DNA from: Candidatus Krumholzibacteriota bacterium
Lineage (GTDB): Bacteria > Krumholzibacteriota > Krumholzibacteriia > JAJRXK01
Reading direction: 5' to 3'
NCBI GenBank assembly: GCA_963727455.1
Contig: CAVSGG010000001.1
Coordinates: 1 to 64,000, forward strand
Length of the DNA stretch: 64,000 nucleotides
The notes beneath the pieces were generated by a model. That model saw only the letters and a list, made by a program, of their open reading frames with translations. It ran no database searches and had not been told where the DNA came from. Numbering within the stretch: position 1 is the stretch's first letter; every line of letters begins with the position of its first letter. Made by a program: the position numbers and the translations under genes. Positions 10,451 to 25,032 of the stretch are shown piece after piece.

Positions 10451-13258
10451 ATGGCGATCGGCGGAATTCAGCGCGGTTTTGGCTGGTGGACGCTCGTTCT
10501 GATGGTCACGATTACCCTCGGCACGCTCGGACCACCGGTGGCATCGAGCGTCCATGCGCAGAATGCTCCAACAGAGCAGGACGCAGAGACGCGCATTGCC
10601 CGGGCCGAGGAGCTATTCAAGTCGGGCGACCTGCGGGGAGCACGCGCGGAACTCGAGCAGGCGCTACGTCTCCCCCTCGAGATTCTCCCGGAAAAATCTC
10701 CCACCCGAGTTCTGGGATGGACACGGCTCGGGGACGTCGCGAGCAGACTTGGCGATTTCAAGGCCGCCGCCCAGGCACTCGAGTCCGCCCGCGCCGTTCT
10801 CGAGGAAGACCCGCAGGGCAACGCTTTAGAGCTGGCCGTCGTCATGCATCAGATCGGCAACAACGCGCTTCGCTCCGGCGATCTGTTGAAGGCCGGAGAT
10901 GCCTATGAACGCGCAATCGAGATCAAGCGCAAGTTGTATGGGCCGAACTCCCCCGCCACGGCGAATACCCTCATCAGCCAGGGTGTCCTCCTCAGGAAGA
11001 TGGGGGACGAGCGCCGTGCCCGTCGGCGGTTCGAGCATGCCCTGCGGATCTGCCTGGCTCACTTCGGCGAAGATCACGAGCTCACCAACTTCGCCCGCGA
11101 CAACCTCGCAAGCTTGCTCATGGATGCCGGAGACCTCGAGTCGGCACTCCCGCTCTATCAACAGGCGCTGGAATCGCGGAAGCGAACTCTCGGTCCTACT
11201 CACCCGCAGGTCGGGTCCACAACTTACAACCTGGGCATTCTCTACGGGCGTCTCGGTGACTATGATCGTGCCAAAACCTGCTATGACTCGGCGCTCACAA
11301 TCTTCAAGGAACGCTACGGTCCCTCGCATCCGCACACGGCCTCACTGATCCTCGCGATTGCCAACCTCGAGCTGAAGACCGGAGAGCTAACAGCCGCTCT
11401 AAAGCACTTCGAGCGCGGGTTCGAGATCAGAGCGGCTGCGTTGGGCGAAGGAAATCCCCAGACCGCAAAGGCGGAACTGCTTCTCGCGGCAGCGCTCCTG
11501 AAGAGCGGAGACAGCCGGACTGCTCTCGATCATGCGACCAGCGCCACCACCCGGGCCACGCAATACGTCCGCGAGACCATTCCCTGGCTCCCCGAACGCA
11601 AGGCGCTCTCCTTGGCCGCGAACCAGATCCGCCCCGAGAATCTGATCATAGCCGGTATTCTCGCGACCGAAGGCCAGGAACGCGAGAACTGGCAGCGTGC
11701 CCTCTGGAACACGACGCTCCAACGCCGCGGCCTGGTGCTGACGGAGTTGGCCAATCGGCACCGGCGAGTCCTCGAGCACGAGAGCGACGAGACTCTTCGC
11801 GCGTGGGTCGCGCTGGACGCAGCGGGCACCAAGCTCAGTGAATTATGGGTCAAGGGACCCGGCGAGGATCCAAGCGGGTTTCAGGCGGCCCTTGCCGCTG
11901 CCCGCGCCACCAAGGAACGCGCGGAAGCCGACCTTGCCCGGGTCAGCATGGAGTTCCGGAGCGCCCACGCCACGGAAGGATACCGCTTCGAAAACCTGGT
12001 TCGTGCACTCACACCTTCGCAGGTGCTGGTCGAAATCTTCGAGGCGATCGATGATCCATTCTACTGGGACAATTCAAACGCGCGACACGACTATGCGCTC
12101 GTGCTTCAGCCCAACGGTTCCAACGCGCTCATCGATCTCGGAACCGCGGAGGCCATCGACACGGCAACGAAGCGATGGCGCGCGGAATTGAAGACCAGCG
12201 CTAGCGCGCAGGCACGGAGCTGGGATCGCGATGCGGCAATGGCCCGACTCGAGGAGACGAGCCAAAAGTTGCGCCGCCTGGTGTGGGATCCCATCGAGGC
12301 TCATCTCGTTGACTGTGAAACCGTGTTCCTGGTTCCGGAGGGAGCATTCCACCTCATAGACTTCGCCGCTCTCTCACGCGACGATGGGCGGTTCTTGGTC
12401 GAGGATGGGCCTTTGGTACAAGTCCTCGCCAGTGCGCGCGATCTGTGTCGCTATGCGTCGCTCGACAGTGAGGCCCGTTCTGAAAATCGATCGATCCTCG
12501 CTCTGGGCAACGTGGATTACACCCGGGCCAGATCAAAGTCGCTCGCAGTCTTCGCCACGGCGCGCGGTCCTTCCGAACTCGCCCCGCAGTACCGCGGTCG
12601 GGTGAGCAGCTGCCTTGGCCTCGGCGCGACGGACTGGCCGCCGCTCCCGGGGTCCGCCGCTGAAATCGAGGATCTCCGCGACGACTACGCCGACGACCCC
12701 GCTTTCGTCGCCCTGACGGGTTCCGATGCAAGTGAGGAGGCCTTCCGAGAGTTGGCTCCGGGAAGGGAAATTCTCCACGTCGCCACGCACGGGTTCTTTC
12801 TCGAAGAGGACTGCGGGAATGGGGATGACAATCCGCTGCTGCTGTCCGGACTCGTCCTCGCGGGAGCGAACCAGTCTTCCGATGAGGGAGCCACTTCGGA
12901 CGGAATCCTCACCGCGGAGGAAATCACGACCCTGGATCTGCGATCCGTGCGACTCGCGGTGCTCTCTGCCTGCGACACCGGTCGCGGCACCGTCAGGGTT
13001 GGCGAGGGAATCATGGGGCTCCGGCGAGCCTTTGCCATCGCGGGGGTCCAGTCGATGGTCCTGAGTCTCTGGCCCATGCCCGACGAGCCAGCCCGCCAAT
13101 GGATGGACGCATTCTACGACACGTTGCGCGCCGGGTCGTCAGTACCGATCGCGGTACGCGAGGCAAAGATCGCGCGCTTGCGAGCCCTCCGTGCCGCGGG
13201 CACACCAGCAAACCCGCAGTACTGGTCGGGTTTCGTGAGCAGCGGCAACTGGCGCTGA
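10451..13258 (+). CDS. TPR-repeat CHAT-domain (caspase-like) protein with N-terminal signal-like segment
   Basis: Long TPR_10/12-like repeats (HPQVGSTTYNLGILY); CHAT catalytic motifs LHVATHG and LSACDTG; YWSGF C-terminus; start uncertain (10301-10451). Confidence 0.88.
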   Translation: MAIGGIQRGFGWWTLVLMVTITLGTLGPPVASSVHAQNAPTEQDAETRIARAEELFKSGDLRGARAELEQALRLPLEILPEKSPTRVLGWTRLGDVASRLGDFKAAAQALESARAVLEEDPQGNALELAVVMHQIGNNALRSGDLLKAGDAYERAIEIKRKLYGPNSPATANTLISQGVLLRKMGDERRARRRFEHALRICLAHFGEDHELTNFARDNLASLLMDAGDLESALPLYQQALESRKRTLGPTHPQVGSTTYNLGILYGRLGDYDRAKTCYDSALTIFKERYGPSHPHTASLILAIANLELKTGELTAALKHFERGFEIRAAALGEGNPQTAKAELLLAAALLKSGDSRTALDHATSATTRATQYVRETIPWLPERKALSLAANQIRPENLIIAGILATEGQERENWQRALWNTTLQRRGLVLTELANRHRRVLEHESDETLRAWVALDAAGTKLSELWVKGPGEDPSGFQAALAAARATKERAEADLARVSMEFRSAHATEGYRFENLVRALTPSQVLVEIFEAIDDPFYWDNSNARHDYALVLQPNGSNALIDLGTAEAIDTATKRWRAELKTSASAQARSWDRDAAMARLEETSQKLRRLVWDPIEAHLVDCETVFLVPEGAFHLIDFAALSRDDGRFLVEDGPLVQVLASARDLCRYASLDSEARSENRSILALGNVDYTRARSKSLAVFATARGPSELAPQYRGRVSSCLGLGATDWPPLPGSAAEIEDLRDDYADDPAFVALTGSDASEEAFRELAPGREILHVATHGFFLEEDCGNGDDNPLLLSGLVLAGANQSSDEGATSDGILTAEEITTLDLRSVRLAVLSACDTGRGTVRVGEGIMGLRRAFAIAGVQSMVLSLWPMPDEPARQWMDAFYDTLRAGSSVPIAVREAKIARLRALRAAGTPANPQYWSGFVSSGNWR

Positions 13259-13316
13259 CCTGCCTCAGCGTGTCCTCGTCCACTCCGAGCCCGACCCAAT
13301 CATCTGCGGGGCACCA

Positions 13317-15587
13317 TCAAGCCGAGGGCGGCCCCGTCTTGTCGATGAGCTTTATCATGGCCTCGTTCTCGGGATCGATGAGCTCCGCGATGCGCTCGGA
13401 ATTCACCTCGGCCACGATCATTTGACCGACCTCGCTGTGTACGTCGCTGAAGATGCCGTGATTCATCATCTTCTGGGTCTGGTAGTGGTTGTCTTCGGTG
13501 GGGCTGACGTAGTGCACCGAGACCGCCTTGTAGCGATGGATCAAGAACACGTGGATCAGGGTCATGAGGCGTTTCTTGCGCAGCTCCTCGGCGAAGGTGT
13601 TCTGGTCGCGAATGGAGAGGATGCTGCGTTCCTTGCGATCCTTGATGTCGGCGAAGACCACGTTGGCCAGCTTACCCCCCTGTCCATCCTTGAGAACCAG
13701 CTCCAAGAGATCGGAGCCCGCGGTGTGCGGTTGCAAGCTCACCGAAATCGTCTGCTTCAACTTGTAGAAATCGGCCCAGGTCTTCAGCCAACCCTCCAGT
13801 AGAGAGCGCGGCACCTCAGTTTGCACGAGGTGTTGGAATTGGGTCGAACCCTTCCCCATGGCGCGGGTGGCCGCACTGCGACCAGTCGACGCCATGAGAG
13901 CCCCGTCCAGGCGGGGACCTCCCACGAGTGACTGCGGGGTGCGATAGGGAGACTCCACGAGACGAAGCTTTCTCTGCAGCCGCGCCAAAGCGAGCATGCC
14001 GTCGTCCCGCAGTGCCGTCGCAAATTCCTCGGCGGCCATGCCGTCGACTTGATGCCCGCCATAGGTGATGAAGTTGAAGACATAACCGAGCTTGCCCAGC
14101 TCGCGCGGGAAAGTCTTCATCTCCTCGTCACTCATGCCGGTAGTGTCCCAGTTGAAGGAGGGCGAGAGGTTGTAGGCCAGCATCTGCTTGGGAAATTTCG
14201 CGTGAATCGCTTCCTGGAATATCTTGGCGTCGGCGAGATTCGCGGTCTTCGTCTCCATCCACAGAATGTCCGCGAAGGGAGCCACCGCCAACGAGCGCGC
14301 CGTCGCGTACTCGATGCCGTTCTCGATGTGGTAGTAGCCCTCGGGTGTCTTGGGGAGTTCGCAGTCCCAGATGATCGTGATCCCCATCGATCGCGCTCGC
14401 TCCCGCGCGCTCGTGAGTGAGGCCGTCTTGGCGAAATCGAGCCACTCCTCTATGCTCATTTCGTAGCTGCCACCCTCGCCGATTCTGAACTCCATTACAT
14501 CGGCCACGGCTTGACCGTAGGTCTTCATACCGGCCTCGGCTTGCCAGGCGTCCAGGAAGCGTCCGATGACGACGTCCAGGACTTTGTCGACGCGATTTTG
14601 GGAGGATTGCAGGAACTCCTCGGCCTCTCTCTCGAGCACGCCCATGACGCCACTACGTTGCATCCACGCATAGGCTCTCTCGTATTCCTCGTCCCTTACC
14701 GCAAAAAGAAGGTGGCCGCGCGCGCTGTCCACCCCCAGCTCGAAAAGCTTCCGCAGGATTGCCAGGTAGACCAGCTTGTAACTGGGCAGCTCGATGTTGG
14801 TGGCTCCCAGAATGAAGGGGTGATCGCGCTCGTCGCTCCTCCCCTCGAGGAAGGTCGCTGCTTCGGCATCGGTGCGCGCCACGATGATTCCTGCCACACC
14901 CATTAGGTCCAGCTGGAAGCGGGCCGCATTGAGCCGTTTGATCTGTTCATCGATGGGAACCAGGACTTTGCCGCCCTGATGGCCGCATTTTTTCGTCCCC
15001 GGCTTCTGATCTTCGATGTGATAGCCCGGTACGCCCGCCTCGACGAAGCGACGGATGAGGTTGCGCACGTGAGCATCGCCGCCGTGGCCGGTGTCGGCGT
15101 CGGCGATGATGAAGGGACGATAGTCGACGGCAGGGGTAGCCTTGCGCTCCTCTTCGCTCATCCGCGCGCGCGCGAAATGCTGATTCTTGTCGGCGGTGAG
15201 AAGCGCGCGCACGATGGGCGCGGCTTCGTCGGGCACTTGGCTCAGGGGATAACTCGCCAGGTCGGCCCCCGGGTCCTCGTCGATCGAACCCTTGGCGGAG
15301 GTCGCCCAACCCCCCAGATAAATTCCCTCGATACCCTGCCGCTTGATGGTCACCGCCTGGCCCGGAGAGTAGGGGCCAAAGGTGGTGATCGACTTGCGTT
15401 GCTCGAAGAGCTCCTGCAAGCGCGCGTAGAACTCGTCGGCCGCGCGGCGGGCCACCGTGTAATCGACGGGGATGGTTCCGCGCTGTTCGGCAATGTCTCG
15501 CGCAGCATACAAGCGGGTGATCGATGCGAAACGCGGATCCTCGATCCACTTTCGGATCTCGTCCATCTGCTGCTCGATCGTGTCCAT
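13317..15587 (-). CDS. aceA: Isocitrate lyase, long ICL2 type with C-terminal extension
   Basis: KKCGH catalytic motif, [22 protein letters not shown]; about 756 aa with extra C-terminal domain containing RKKRLMTL. Confidence 0.93.
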   Translation of the reverse strand: MDTIEQQMDEIRKWIEDPRFASITRLYAARDIAEQRGTIPVDYTVARRAADEFYARLQELFEQRKSITTFGPYSPGQAVTIKRQGIEGIYLGGWATSAKGSIDEDPGADLASYPLSQVPDEAAPIVRALLTADKNQHFARARMSEEERKATPAVDYRPFIIADADTGHGGDAHVRNLIRRFVEAGVPGYHIEDQKPGTKKCGHQGGKVLVPIDEQIKRLNAARFQLDLMGVAGIIVARTDAEAATFLEGRSDERDHPFILGATNIELPSYKLVYLAILRKLFELGVDSARGHLLFAVRDEEYERAYAWMQRSGVMGVLEREAEEFLQSSQNRVDKVLDVVIGRFLDAWQAEAGMKTYGQAVADVMEFRIGEGGSYEMSIEEWLDFAKTASLTSARERARSMGITIIWDCELPKTPEGYYHIENGIEYATARSLAVAPFADILWMETKTANLADAKIFQEAIHAKFPKQMLAYNLSPSFNWDTTGMSDEEMKTFPRELGKLGYVFNFITYGGHQVDGMAAEEFATALRDDGMLALARLQRKLRLVESPYRTPQSLVGGPRLDGALMASTGRSAATRAMGKGSTQFQHLVQTEVPRSLLEGWLKTWADFYKLKQTISVSLQPHTAGSDLLELVLKDGQGGKLANVVFADIKDRKERSILSIRDQNTFAEELRKKRLMTLIHVFLIHRYKAVSVHYVSPTEDNHYQTQKMMNHGIFSDVHSEVGQMIVAEVNSERIAELIDPENEAMIKLIDKTGPPSA

Positions 15588-15616
15588 CGCTGCTTCCTTT
15601 CTATTCCACTCGAGCC

Positions 15617-17515
15617 TCAAGCTGTCTCGAAGTCGAGGTTCTTGGTCACCCTCGCACCGTGGCTCTCGAACTCCTCGGTATAGAGCCCGATGCGGCGCTT
15701 GGCTTCTTGCAAGTCGTGATTGTTCAGGTTGAGGTTCAGAAGATCGATGTACCAGGGCAACTTCACCGCGTTCGTGACGTAGCTTTGGGTAATCTCGCGC
15801 GCGATGGGCAGCGTCGTATTCTTGGAAACGTCGTAGACGTCACGGTCGCTGGCGCTCCTGAGCTTCTGATATTCCTCTTCCAGCAGGCGCGCAAAGAGCC
15901 GTTCGGTGAAGGGATCGCCTGCATTGACCCCGGTCTCCTCGTCATCCTCGTTGAACTGTGCGCCCTTGTGCAGCCACTCCCAGAGAATGCTCAGCCGAAT
16001 CTCTCCGGTGGCCATGTCCTCCATGAGATAGAGCACGTCCTCGTTGCCGAAGAAGTCGGCCGGCTTGAGCGCCGCCGCCTGCATGCCCTGTCCAAAGGCG
16101 TTGCCATACTGCATGGCCACGCTCAAGAGATCGCGGGCCCCGCGCACGGTACGTGGCGCAGCTTCGAGCAGAGTGAGACCAGCTGCGTCCTTTGGTCCGT
16201 AGCTGAGCGGCTCGAACGCGCGCCCCATCTGATTGTCCTCGCCGACCTTCTCCCATACCGGGCGCACGATGGGCACCATCTTCCAGTGGGCGACCCACTT
16301 ACCGCTGGCTCCCTCGCGTTGTTCGCGCTGCGCTCCCTTCGTGGCGCGCGCCATGCCGTCCTGTACGCCTTTTTTGGACCCGACGGGAATGTTGGGCTCC
16401 ATCCCACCCTGCCACAGGGTGAAGTTACCGTCTTTGTCCGGCGTATTCACTGCGCGCCGCACGCGGTCCTCGTAGTTGCGCATGTAGCCGTAGGTCATGA
16501 CGATGGCGTCGATGTTGGGATTGTGGAAGGAGGGATCTTTCGCCATGGCGTCCGCCACGCTGTTGATGTAGTCCCAGCGGCCAGTGTTGAAACCCACGAA
16601 GTGCGTGGTAAGCGCGGCCCGGATCTCCATGAGCTGAAAACTGGCCTCGAGTTGTTCGACCAGCACGTAGCAGCGGATGGCGCCGTCGCTCAGTCCGAGC
16701 TGGGCTTCCAGGGCCAAGAGGATCTCGTTCCACAGCGCCGCCTCCTCGGCGGTCTGGATCTTGGGCAGATAGAGGACGATCGAGGCGCCGCGCGCCTGCA
16801 GCTCCTGGTAGTTGCTTACGACATAGAGAACGGTGTCGACGATGGAGGCCGAGAAGCCGCTCCCGTCGCTGCAGCGGATGTGGCGATCGTCCAGGTGCAG
16901 GCCGCGCGCGCGATAGATTCGCGTGGTAAACTCGAGCTGCTTGCGCCAGTCCTCGATCGTCTTGTGCCCAAGAAGCCCCACGGCCCACTTGTTCATCTCG
17001 CCGGCCACCTGCTCGGCCACTTCCAAGAACAGGGGGTCGCCGGCGATCGCGAGCTTGATGCTGCGCTGGTTGTCCAGCGACATGCTCTCGATCTGTCCCA
17101 GGGCGTCTTCGCCATCGAACATCCAACCGTCGGCCCCCGACAGCAGCGCGTAGGAGGCGTTACGCAGGTTTTCCGCCACCGAAGCGTGGGGGCGCGCTGC
17201 GGGGCCGGTGCCCTGGATCCACTGCCGTTTCAGATCGTCGGGAATGGGCTTGCCGACGAAGTTCCCCTTGCGGGCGTCCTCGACCCGTATCGTCGTCCCG
17301 GGGATGACAGATTCATGGGAAAGAAATTCGATGGATTTGCCGCCGGCCGTGCGCGCAGCGCGGACTTCGTTGCGTTTCTGCATGAGAGCACGGCGACGAG
17401 AGTTGAAGGGCGCGAGCGCGGAGAGAGCATCCAGGGCCACTGGGCTCAGGATATCCTCGTACTCGCGTTGGAGTTTTCCACGGACTTCGAGTCCACCTCC
17501 AAAACGGTGGGTCAT
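15617..17515 (-). CDS. aceB: Malate synthase
   Basis: [41 protein letters not shown] and [11 protein letters not shown] motifs; adjacent to isocitrate lyase. Confidence 0.9.
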   Translation of the reverse strand: MTHRFGGGLEVRGKLQREYEDILSPVALDALSALAPFNSRRRALMQKRNEVRAARTAGGKSIEFLSHESVIPGTTIRVEDARKGNFVGKPIPDDLKRQWIQGTGPAARPHASVAENLRNASYALLSGADGWMFDGEDALGQIESMSLDNQRSIKLAIAGDPLFLEVAEQVAGEMNKWAVGLLGHKTIEDWRKQLEFTTRIYRARGLHLDDRHIRCSDGSGFSASIVDTVLYVVSNYQELQARGASIVLYLPKIQTAEEAALWNEILLALEAQLGLSDGAIRCYVLVEQLEASFQLMEIRAALTTHFVGFNTGRWDYINSVADAMAKDPSFHNPNIDAIVMTYGYMRNYEDRVRRAVNTPDKDGNFTLWQGGMEPNIPVGSKKGVQDGMARATKGAQREQREGASGKWVAHWKMVPIVRPVWEKVGEDNQMGRAFEPLSYGPKDAAGLTLLEAAPRTVRGARDLLSVAMQYGNAFGQGMQAAALKPADFFGNEDVLYLMEDMATGEIRLSILWEWLHKGAQFNEDDEETGVNAGDPFTERLFARLLEEEYQKLRSASDRDVYDVSKNTTLPIAREITQSYVTNAVKLPWYIDLLNLNLNNHDLQEAKRRIGLYTEEFESHGARVTKNLDFETA

Positions 17516-17838
17516 TCAGCCTTCCTCTCTCGGAATCGGGCGGGGACCTGCGCACGCAGGGGTCCTGGCTTGCGCCCCGGAAACTCTCGAAATTGCATCT
17601 GGCACAGTCACTTAGCCCGATCTCCACGGTTCTGTCCAGTCGAAAACGACAGGAGGGACGGTCGCCATTTCCAAGGGAATCGGCTTTGTTCAAGAAAACC
17701 AGGGACGACCCAGGTGGCAAAGGGCGGGCCAAGCTCGACTGCGCCCTCAGAAGCGGAGGGTTCGCTCCCTTTTGCTCGAGGTGCTAAGCTGCAAGTTCGT
17801 CTCAGAGTTTTCTTTGGTTTCAGGAACCTCACGCAACG

Positions 17839-19434
17839 ATGCACGCCCAAACCGATCGATACGCCCTCAACTCTCTGCTCGAACTGGTGCGAAGTCCGCG
17901 ACCACGGCCAGCCTGCGAGGTGGTACGGCACGATTGGTCGCGACTCCCCAGAATTCAAGCACTCGCATTTTCCGAGATGGAACCTCTTGACTTCGTGGCG
18001 GTGGCCACCCGGGCGCGCGCGTTTCTCGTGGAAGCATGCTCGGAACTCGATGTGCCCGGCCGGGATCGAAGGGACGCTACGCATCCACTGGATATCCTGC
18101 GCATGCACAACTTGGAGGAAGGCGCCACCTGGGACTCGATCATTGCTTACCGCGAGGAGAACGGACTGCCCCGACTTTCGCCTCGAACCCTGCGCAACCG
18201 CCAGAACGAGGCGATCACCCTCCTGCTCGAATGGGCCGGCAGACCCCGGGACAAGGAGCAGGCAGTCGAAGCGCAGGGCGATGCCGCCGCCGCTTCGGCG
18301 AATGAGCGGTCCAAGATGTTCTCATGGCGCAGGGCCACCCTTACGGCCGTGGCCCTCGGCGTCTCGGTCCTAGTGCTGGTACTGGCACTGCGCGGCTCGG
18401 GGGGCTCCACCTCTCAGCTGCTCAACGGTGCCGATCGCCAATTTCTGGGGAAGAGCTTTTCCGCGCGGCTCGTGGAGCCACACAAAGATGAGCCCTGGCT
18501 CTGGAGATTTGCGAGCCCCTCCGAGTTGCCACCCCTTGACGGCGAATACCAACAGGCCACCATCACCGAGCGCGACAAACGTCAATACGTCTACCTGGGC
18601 TCGGGCACAGGAGGGACCGATCACACCACGGTTTTGAAGTGGGATCCTGTGGCGCGGAAGATTCTGTGGAAGCATCAGTTGCATCCGCCCGTCGAGGAAC
18701 GCTGGACCCACAAAGGCGTCCTGCGCGAACCCATGGACGGTGTTCGCTACCTGGTGCGCTGGTTGGTCGCCGGGGCTTCCCCTGGCCGGGAGACCTCAAG
18801 CATCGTAGCCGTCCTCTGGTCCCGCTACAGCCCCACCTTCGTGTATTTTCTCGACCGCGACTCCGGCGTGGAAATTGGACATTATGTGCATCCCGGTGCG
18901 CTCTACCGGCCGATCGTGGTGGACATTGACGGTGACGGACGCGGCGAGGTCATCCTCGGCGGAGTCGACAATGCACGCGAGAATCCCGACTTCGTGATCT
19001 TGAGAAACCCCCGCGGGAGTTGCTCCGCGAGCGATGTCCTCTGGAACGAGGGAGGACAGGAAGGAGCCGAGGCCCGAATTCTCTTTCCCGACGTTCCAGA
19101 GTTGCGCGCGAAAATGGAACTGCAACACTGTTACGTATTCGGTGTAACCACCGAGCACTTCAATCGGAAGGACCGCTGCCTTCATCTCAGTATTGGAACG
19201 CGCGCGGGAAACCGTTCCCTTTATCTCGCGGATGTCTACTGTGCGGCTTGCCGGATCGACTCGGTGCGTATTCGCTTCGCCGAAGTCCACCAGAAGCTTT
19301 GGGCCTCCGTCGGGATGAGCTTGAATGAGGCCCGCTCCCGGATCGAATCGGGAACCAAAGTCCTGCAATCTGCCGATGTGACAGGAACAGAGAACCCTGA
19401 GAACCGGACGAGAGTGTCGCGGAGTTCGCAGTGA
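17839..19434 (+). CDS. Hypothetical bitopic membrane protein: HTH-like N-terminus, TM, FG-GAP/beta-propeller-like C-terminus
   Basis: ILRMHNLEEGATWDSII...LSPRTLRNRQNEAITLL is sigma-region-4-like; TM ATLTAVALGVSVLVLVLAL; DIDGDGRGEVILG loop. Confidence 0.65.
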   Translation: MHAQTDRYALNSLLELVRSPRPRPACEVVRHDWSRLPRIQALAFSEMEPLDFVAVATRARAFLVEACSELDVPGRDRRDATHPLDILRMHNLEEGATWDSIIAYREENGLPRLSPRTLRNRQNEAITLLLEWAGRPRDKEQAVEAQGDAAAASANERSKMFSWRRATLTAVALGVSVLVLVLALRGSGGSTSQLLNGADRQFLGKSFSARLVEPHKDEPWLWRFASPSELPPLDGEYQQATITERDKRQYVYLGSGTGGTDHTTVLKWDPVARKILWKHQLHPPVEERWTHKGVLREPMDGVRYLVRWLVAGASPGRETSSIVAVLWSRYSPTFVYFLDRDSGVEIGHYVHPGALYRPIVVDIDGDGRGEVILGGVDNARENPDFVILRNPRGSCSASDVLWNEGGQEGAEARILFPDVPELRAKMELQHCYVFGVTTEHFNRKDRCLHLSIGTRAGNRSLYLADVYCAACRIDSVRIRFAEVHQKLWASVGMSLNEARSRIESGTKVLQSADVTGTENPENRTRVSRSSQ

Positions 19435-19461
19435 GCTTAGGAAATTTGATCCCAAACTTTT

Positions 19462-19544
19462 TATAGCCGGCTAGAAAGTAAAGACCCCGGCTGGGTGTAC
19501 CCGGGTAGACGAGTGCGGAGTCGGACGAATGTACCCGGGTAGAC
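19462..19544. repeat. Three palindromic repeats TRTASCCGGSTAGA at an exact 34-bp period
   Basis: Cores TAGCCGGCTA at 19464, TACCCGGGTA at 19498 and TACCCGGGTA at 19532, with unrelated spacers. Confidence 0.7.
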
Positions 19545-19575
19545 AGGTCCGCAACCAGACGAGCCGTCGCCTCCC

Positions 19576-20004
19576 CTACCGCCCCCGCAAATACCCTGCC
19601 TTGAGCCGTGCCTCCGCACGATCCAGAGCAGCCTGGGCACGGTCACGGTCGATGGAATCGTCGCGGGTCGCTTCGGCCAGTCGGCTTTTCGCCCTCTCCA
19701 GCGCCGCCTTGGCGCGTTCCACGTCGATGTCCTGAGCTGCCTCGCAGCTGTCGACCAGGAGGGTGGCTCTGTTGTCGCTCACTTCGGCGAAGCCCGAACC
19801 CACCGCAAAGTGTTTCTCCACTTCCGCGTGCCCCGCTTCCTCGAAGCTGAGTGTCCCGGCTCGCATCGCGGCCAGCATGGGAGCGTGATGCGCCCACACC
19901 CCGATGGCACCGTCTTCGCCCGGAAAGATAAGGCTTACCACTTCCCCCTCGAACGAGCGTCCGGCGGGGGTAACGATGCTCAGGTGGTAGGGCGTCTTGG
20001 CCAT
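19576..20004 (-). CDS. atpC: ATP synthase epsilon subunit
   Basis: IVTP, G..GVWAHHAPM, GFAEV, DIDVERAKAA; last gene of the operon. Confidence 0.95.
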   Translation of the reverse strand: MAKTPYHLSIVTPAGRSFEGEVVSLIFPGEDGAIGVWAHHAPMLAAMRAGTLSFEEAGHAEVEKHFAVGSGFAEVSDNRATLLVDSCEAAQDIDVERAKAALERAKSRLAEATRDDSIDRDRAQAALDRAEARLKAGYLRGR

Positions 20005-20007
20005 GGC

Positions 20008-22397
<2,390 letters not shown>

Positions 22398-22412
22398 GGC
22401 GCCGATTTACTC

Positions 22413-23930
<1,518 letters not shown>

Positions 23931-23963
23931 CGCTCTCTCCTTTGAACTTCCACCAGGTGCGCG

Positions 23964-24509
23964 CTATAGGGGCGCGTCCATGAGCTGCTTGCGCAGTTCC
24001 GCTAACTGGGTGCGAACGCTTCCGTCAAAGACCATATCGCCGCGAACTGCGACTGCGCCCCCTATGATGGATGGGTCGACGCTGGTTTCGAGAATGCAAT
24101 CCTTGCCCACGACCCCGTCGAGGGTGCGCTTGAGCCGATCCGCCTGATCCTCCGCGAGAGGCACCGCTGTCAACACCTCGACCCGTGCCTGCCCGCGTCG
24201 GTTCTCCACCAACTCGTCGAACGCCTGCGCGATGGTCGGCAGGTGCTTGAACCGGTGCTTGTGCAGCAGGAGATCCATGAAGTGCATGAGCACCGGCTGA
24301 ATCTTGCCGCCAAAGACGGTCTCCAGAAGCTGTCGCCGCTGCTCCCCGGTTACACTCGGGTCGAACAGGTAGTTGCGCAGATCGTCGCTCTCTTGATAGA
24401 GCGAGGCGATCGCCGCCAGTTCTTGCTGGACGGAGTCGAGCGTGGGTGGATCCGTGACGTTTTCGAGCAACGCCTCGGCATAACGGCGGGCCGTCGCATC
24501 ACTACGCAC
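23964..24509 (-). CDS. atpH: ATP synthase delta subunit
   Basis: ARRYAEAL and VDPSIIGG...DGSVRTQL; GTG 24509 overlaps the atpF stop. Confidence 0.93.
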   Translation of the reverse strand: MRSDATARRYAEALLENVTDPPTLDSVQQELAAIASLYQESDDLRNYLFDPSVTGEQRRQLLETVFGGKIQPVLMHFMDLLLHKHRFKHLPTIAQAFDELVENRRGQARVEVLTAVPLAEDQADRLKRTLDGVVGKDCILETSVDPSIIGGAVAVRGDMVFDGSVRTQLAELRKQLMDAPL

Positions 24510-25017
24510 GGCTTTCTCCCAGTCGAGTAATGAAATCCTCGACGAGTTGCCGGTGCTTCGGATCGTCGAGCTTCTCCTGGATGATCTTCTCGGCCGCGGC
24601 GATTGCCATGTCGACTGTCTTTTCTCGCAGCTGGAGCCGAGCCGTACGCACTTCACGCTCCAGCTCGCCTTCGGCTTTTTCCAGGAATTGCCCGGCCTTG
24701 TCGCGTGCGTTTGCCTCGAGTTCGCCCGCGATAGCCTCGCCCCGCTTCACTGCCTCCTGCATCTTCTCCCGTTCGAGGCTCTTGATCTCGGCGATCTTGG
24801 CGTCGAACGAGGCGCGCAGAGCCTCGGCATCGCTCAGTTCCTTCTCAGCGGCCGCGAAATCCGAGGAAATCTTCTCTCGTCGAGTGTCGAGCATCGCGAG
24901 CAGAGGACCCCAGGCGTACTTTCGCAGCACCCAAAAGAAGATGAGGAATGCGACGATATTGGTCAGCAGAAGCGCGATGATGTCTCCGCGCTGTAGACCT
25001 TGAGTCAGTACTTCCAT
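24502..25017 (-). CDS. atpF: ATP synthase F0 subunit b
   Basis: N-terminal TM (FLIFFWVLRKYAWGP) followed by coiled coil. Confidence 0.93.
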   Translation of the reverse strand: MEVLTQGLQRGDIIALLLTNIVAFLIFFWVLRKYAWGPLLAMLDTRREKISSDFAAAEKELSDAEALRASFDAKIAEIKSLEREKMQEAVKRGEAIAGELEANARDKAGQFLEKAEGELEREVRTARLQLREKTVDMAIAAAEKIIQEKLDDPKHRQLVEDFITRLGESRA

Positions 25018-25032
25018 CGAACTCTACCAGCC

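Noticed and set aside
17600-17617. Sigma54 promoter (TGGCAC) in the aceB intergenic region
   Set aside because: The -12 TTGC element is not at the required spacing (TGGCAC-AGTCA-CTTA).
15524-18373. 949-aa plus-strand ORF, and similar long ORFs at 5821-7815, 32039-34030, 34191-36188, 40357-41949, 56408-57769 and 59660-60907
   Set aside because: Antisense or alternate-frame shadows of well-supported genes; expected in high-GC DNA and lacking recognisable motifs.
19462-19544. Possible CRISPR array
   Set aside because: Repeats of 14-15 bp with 20-bp spacers are too short, there are only three units and no cas genes; kept as an unexplained repeat instead.
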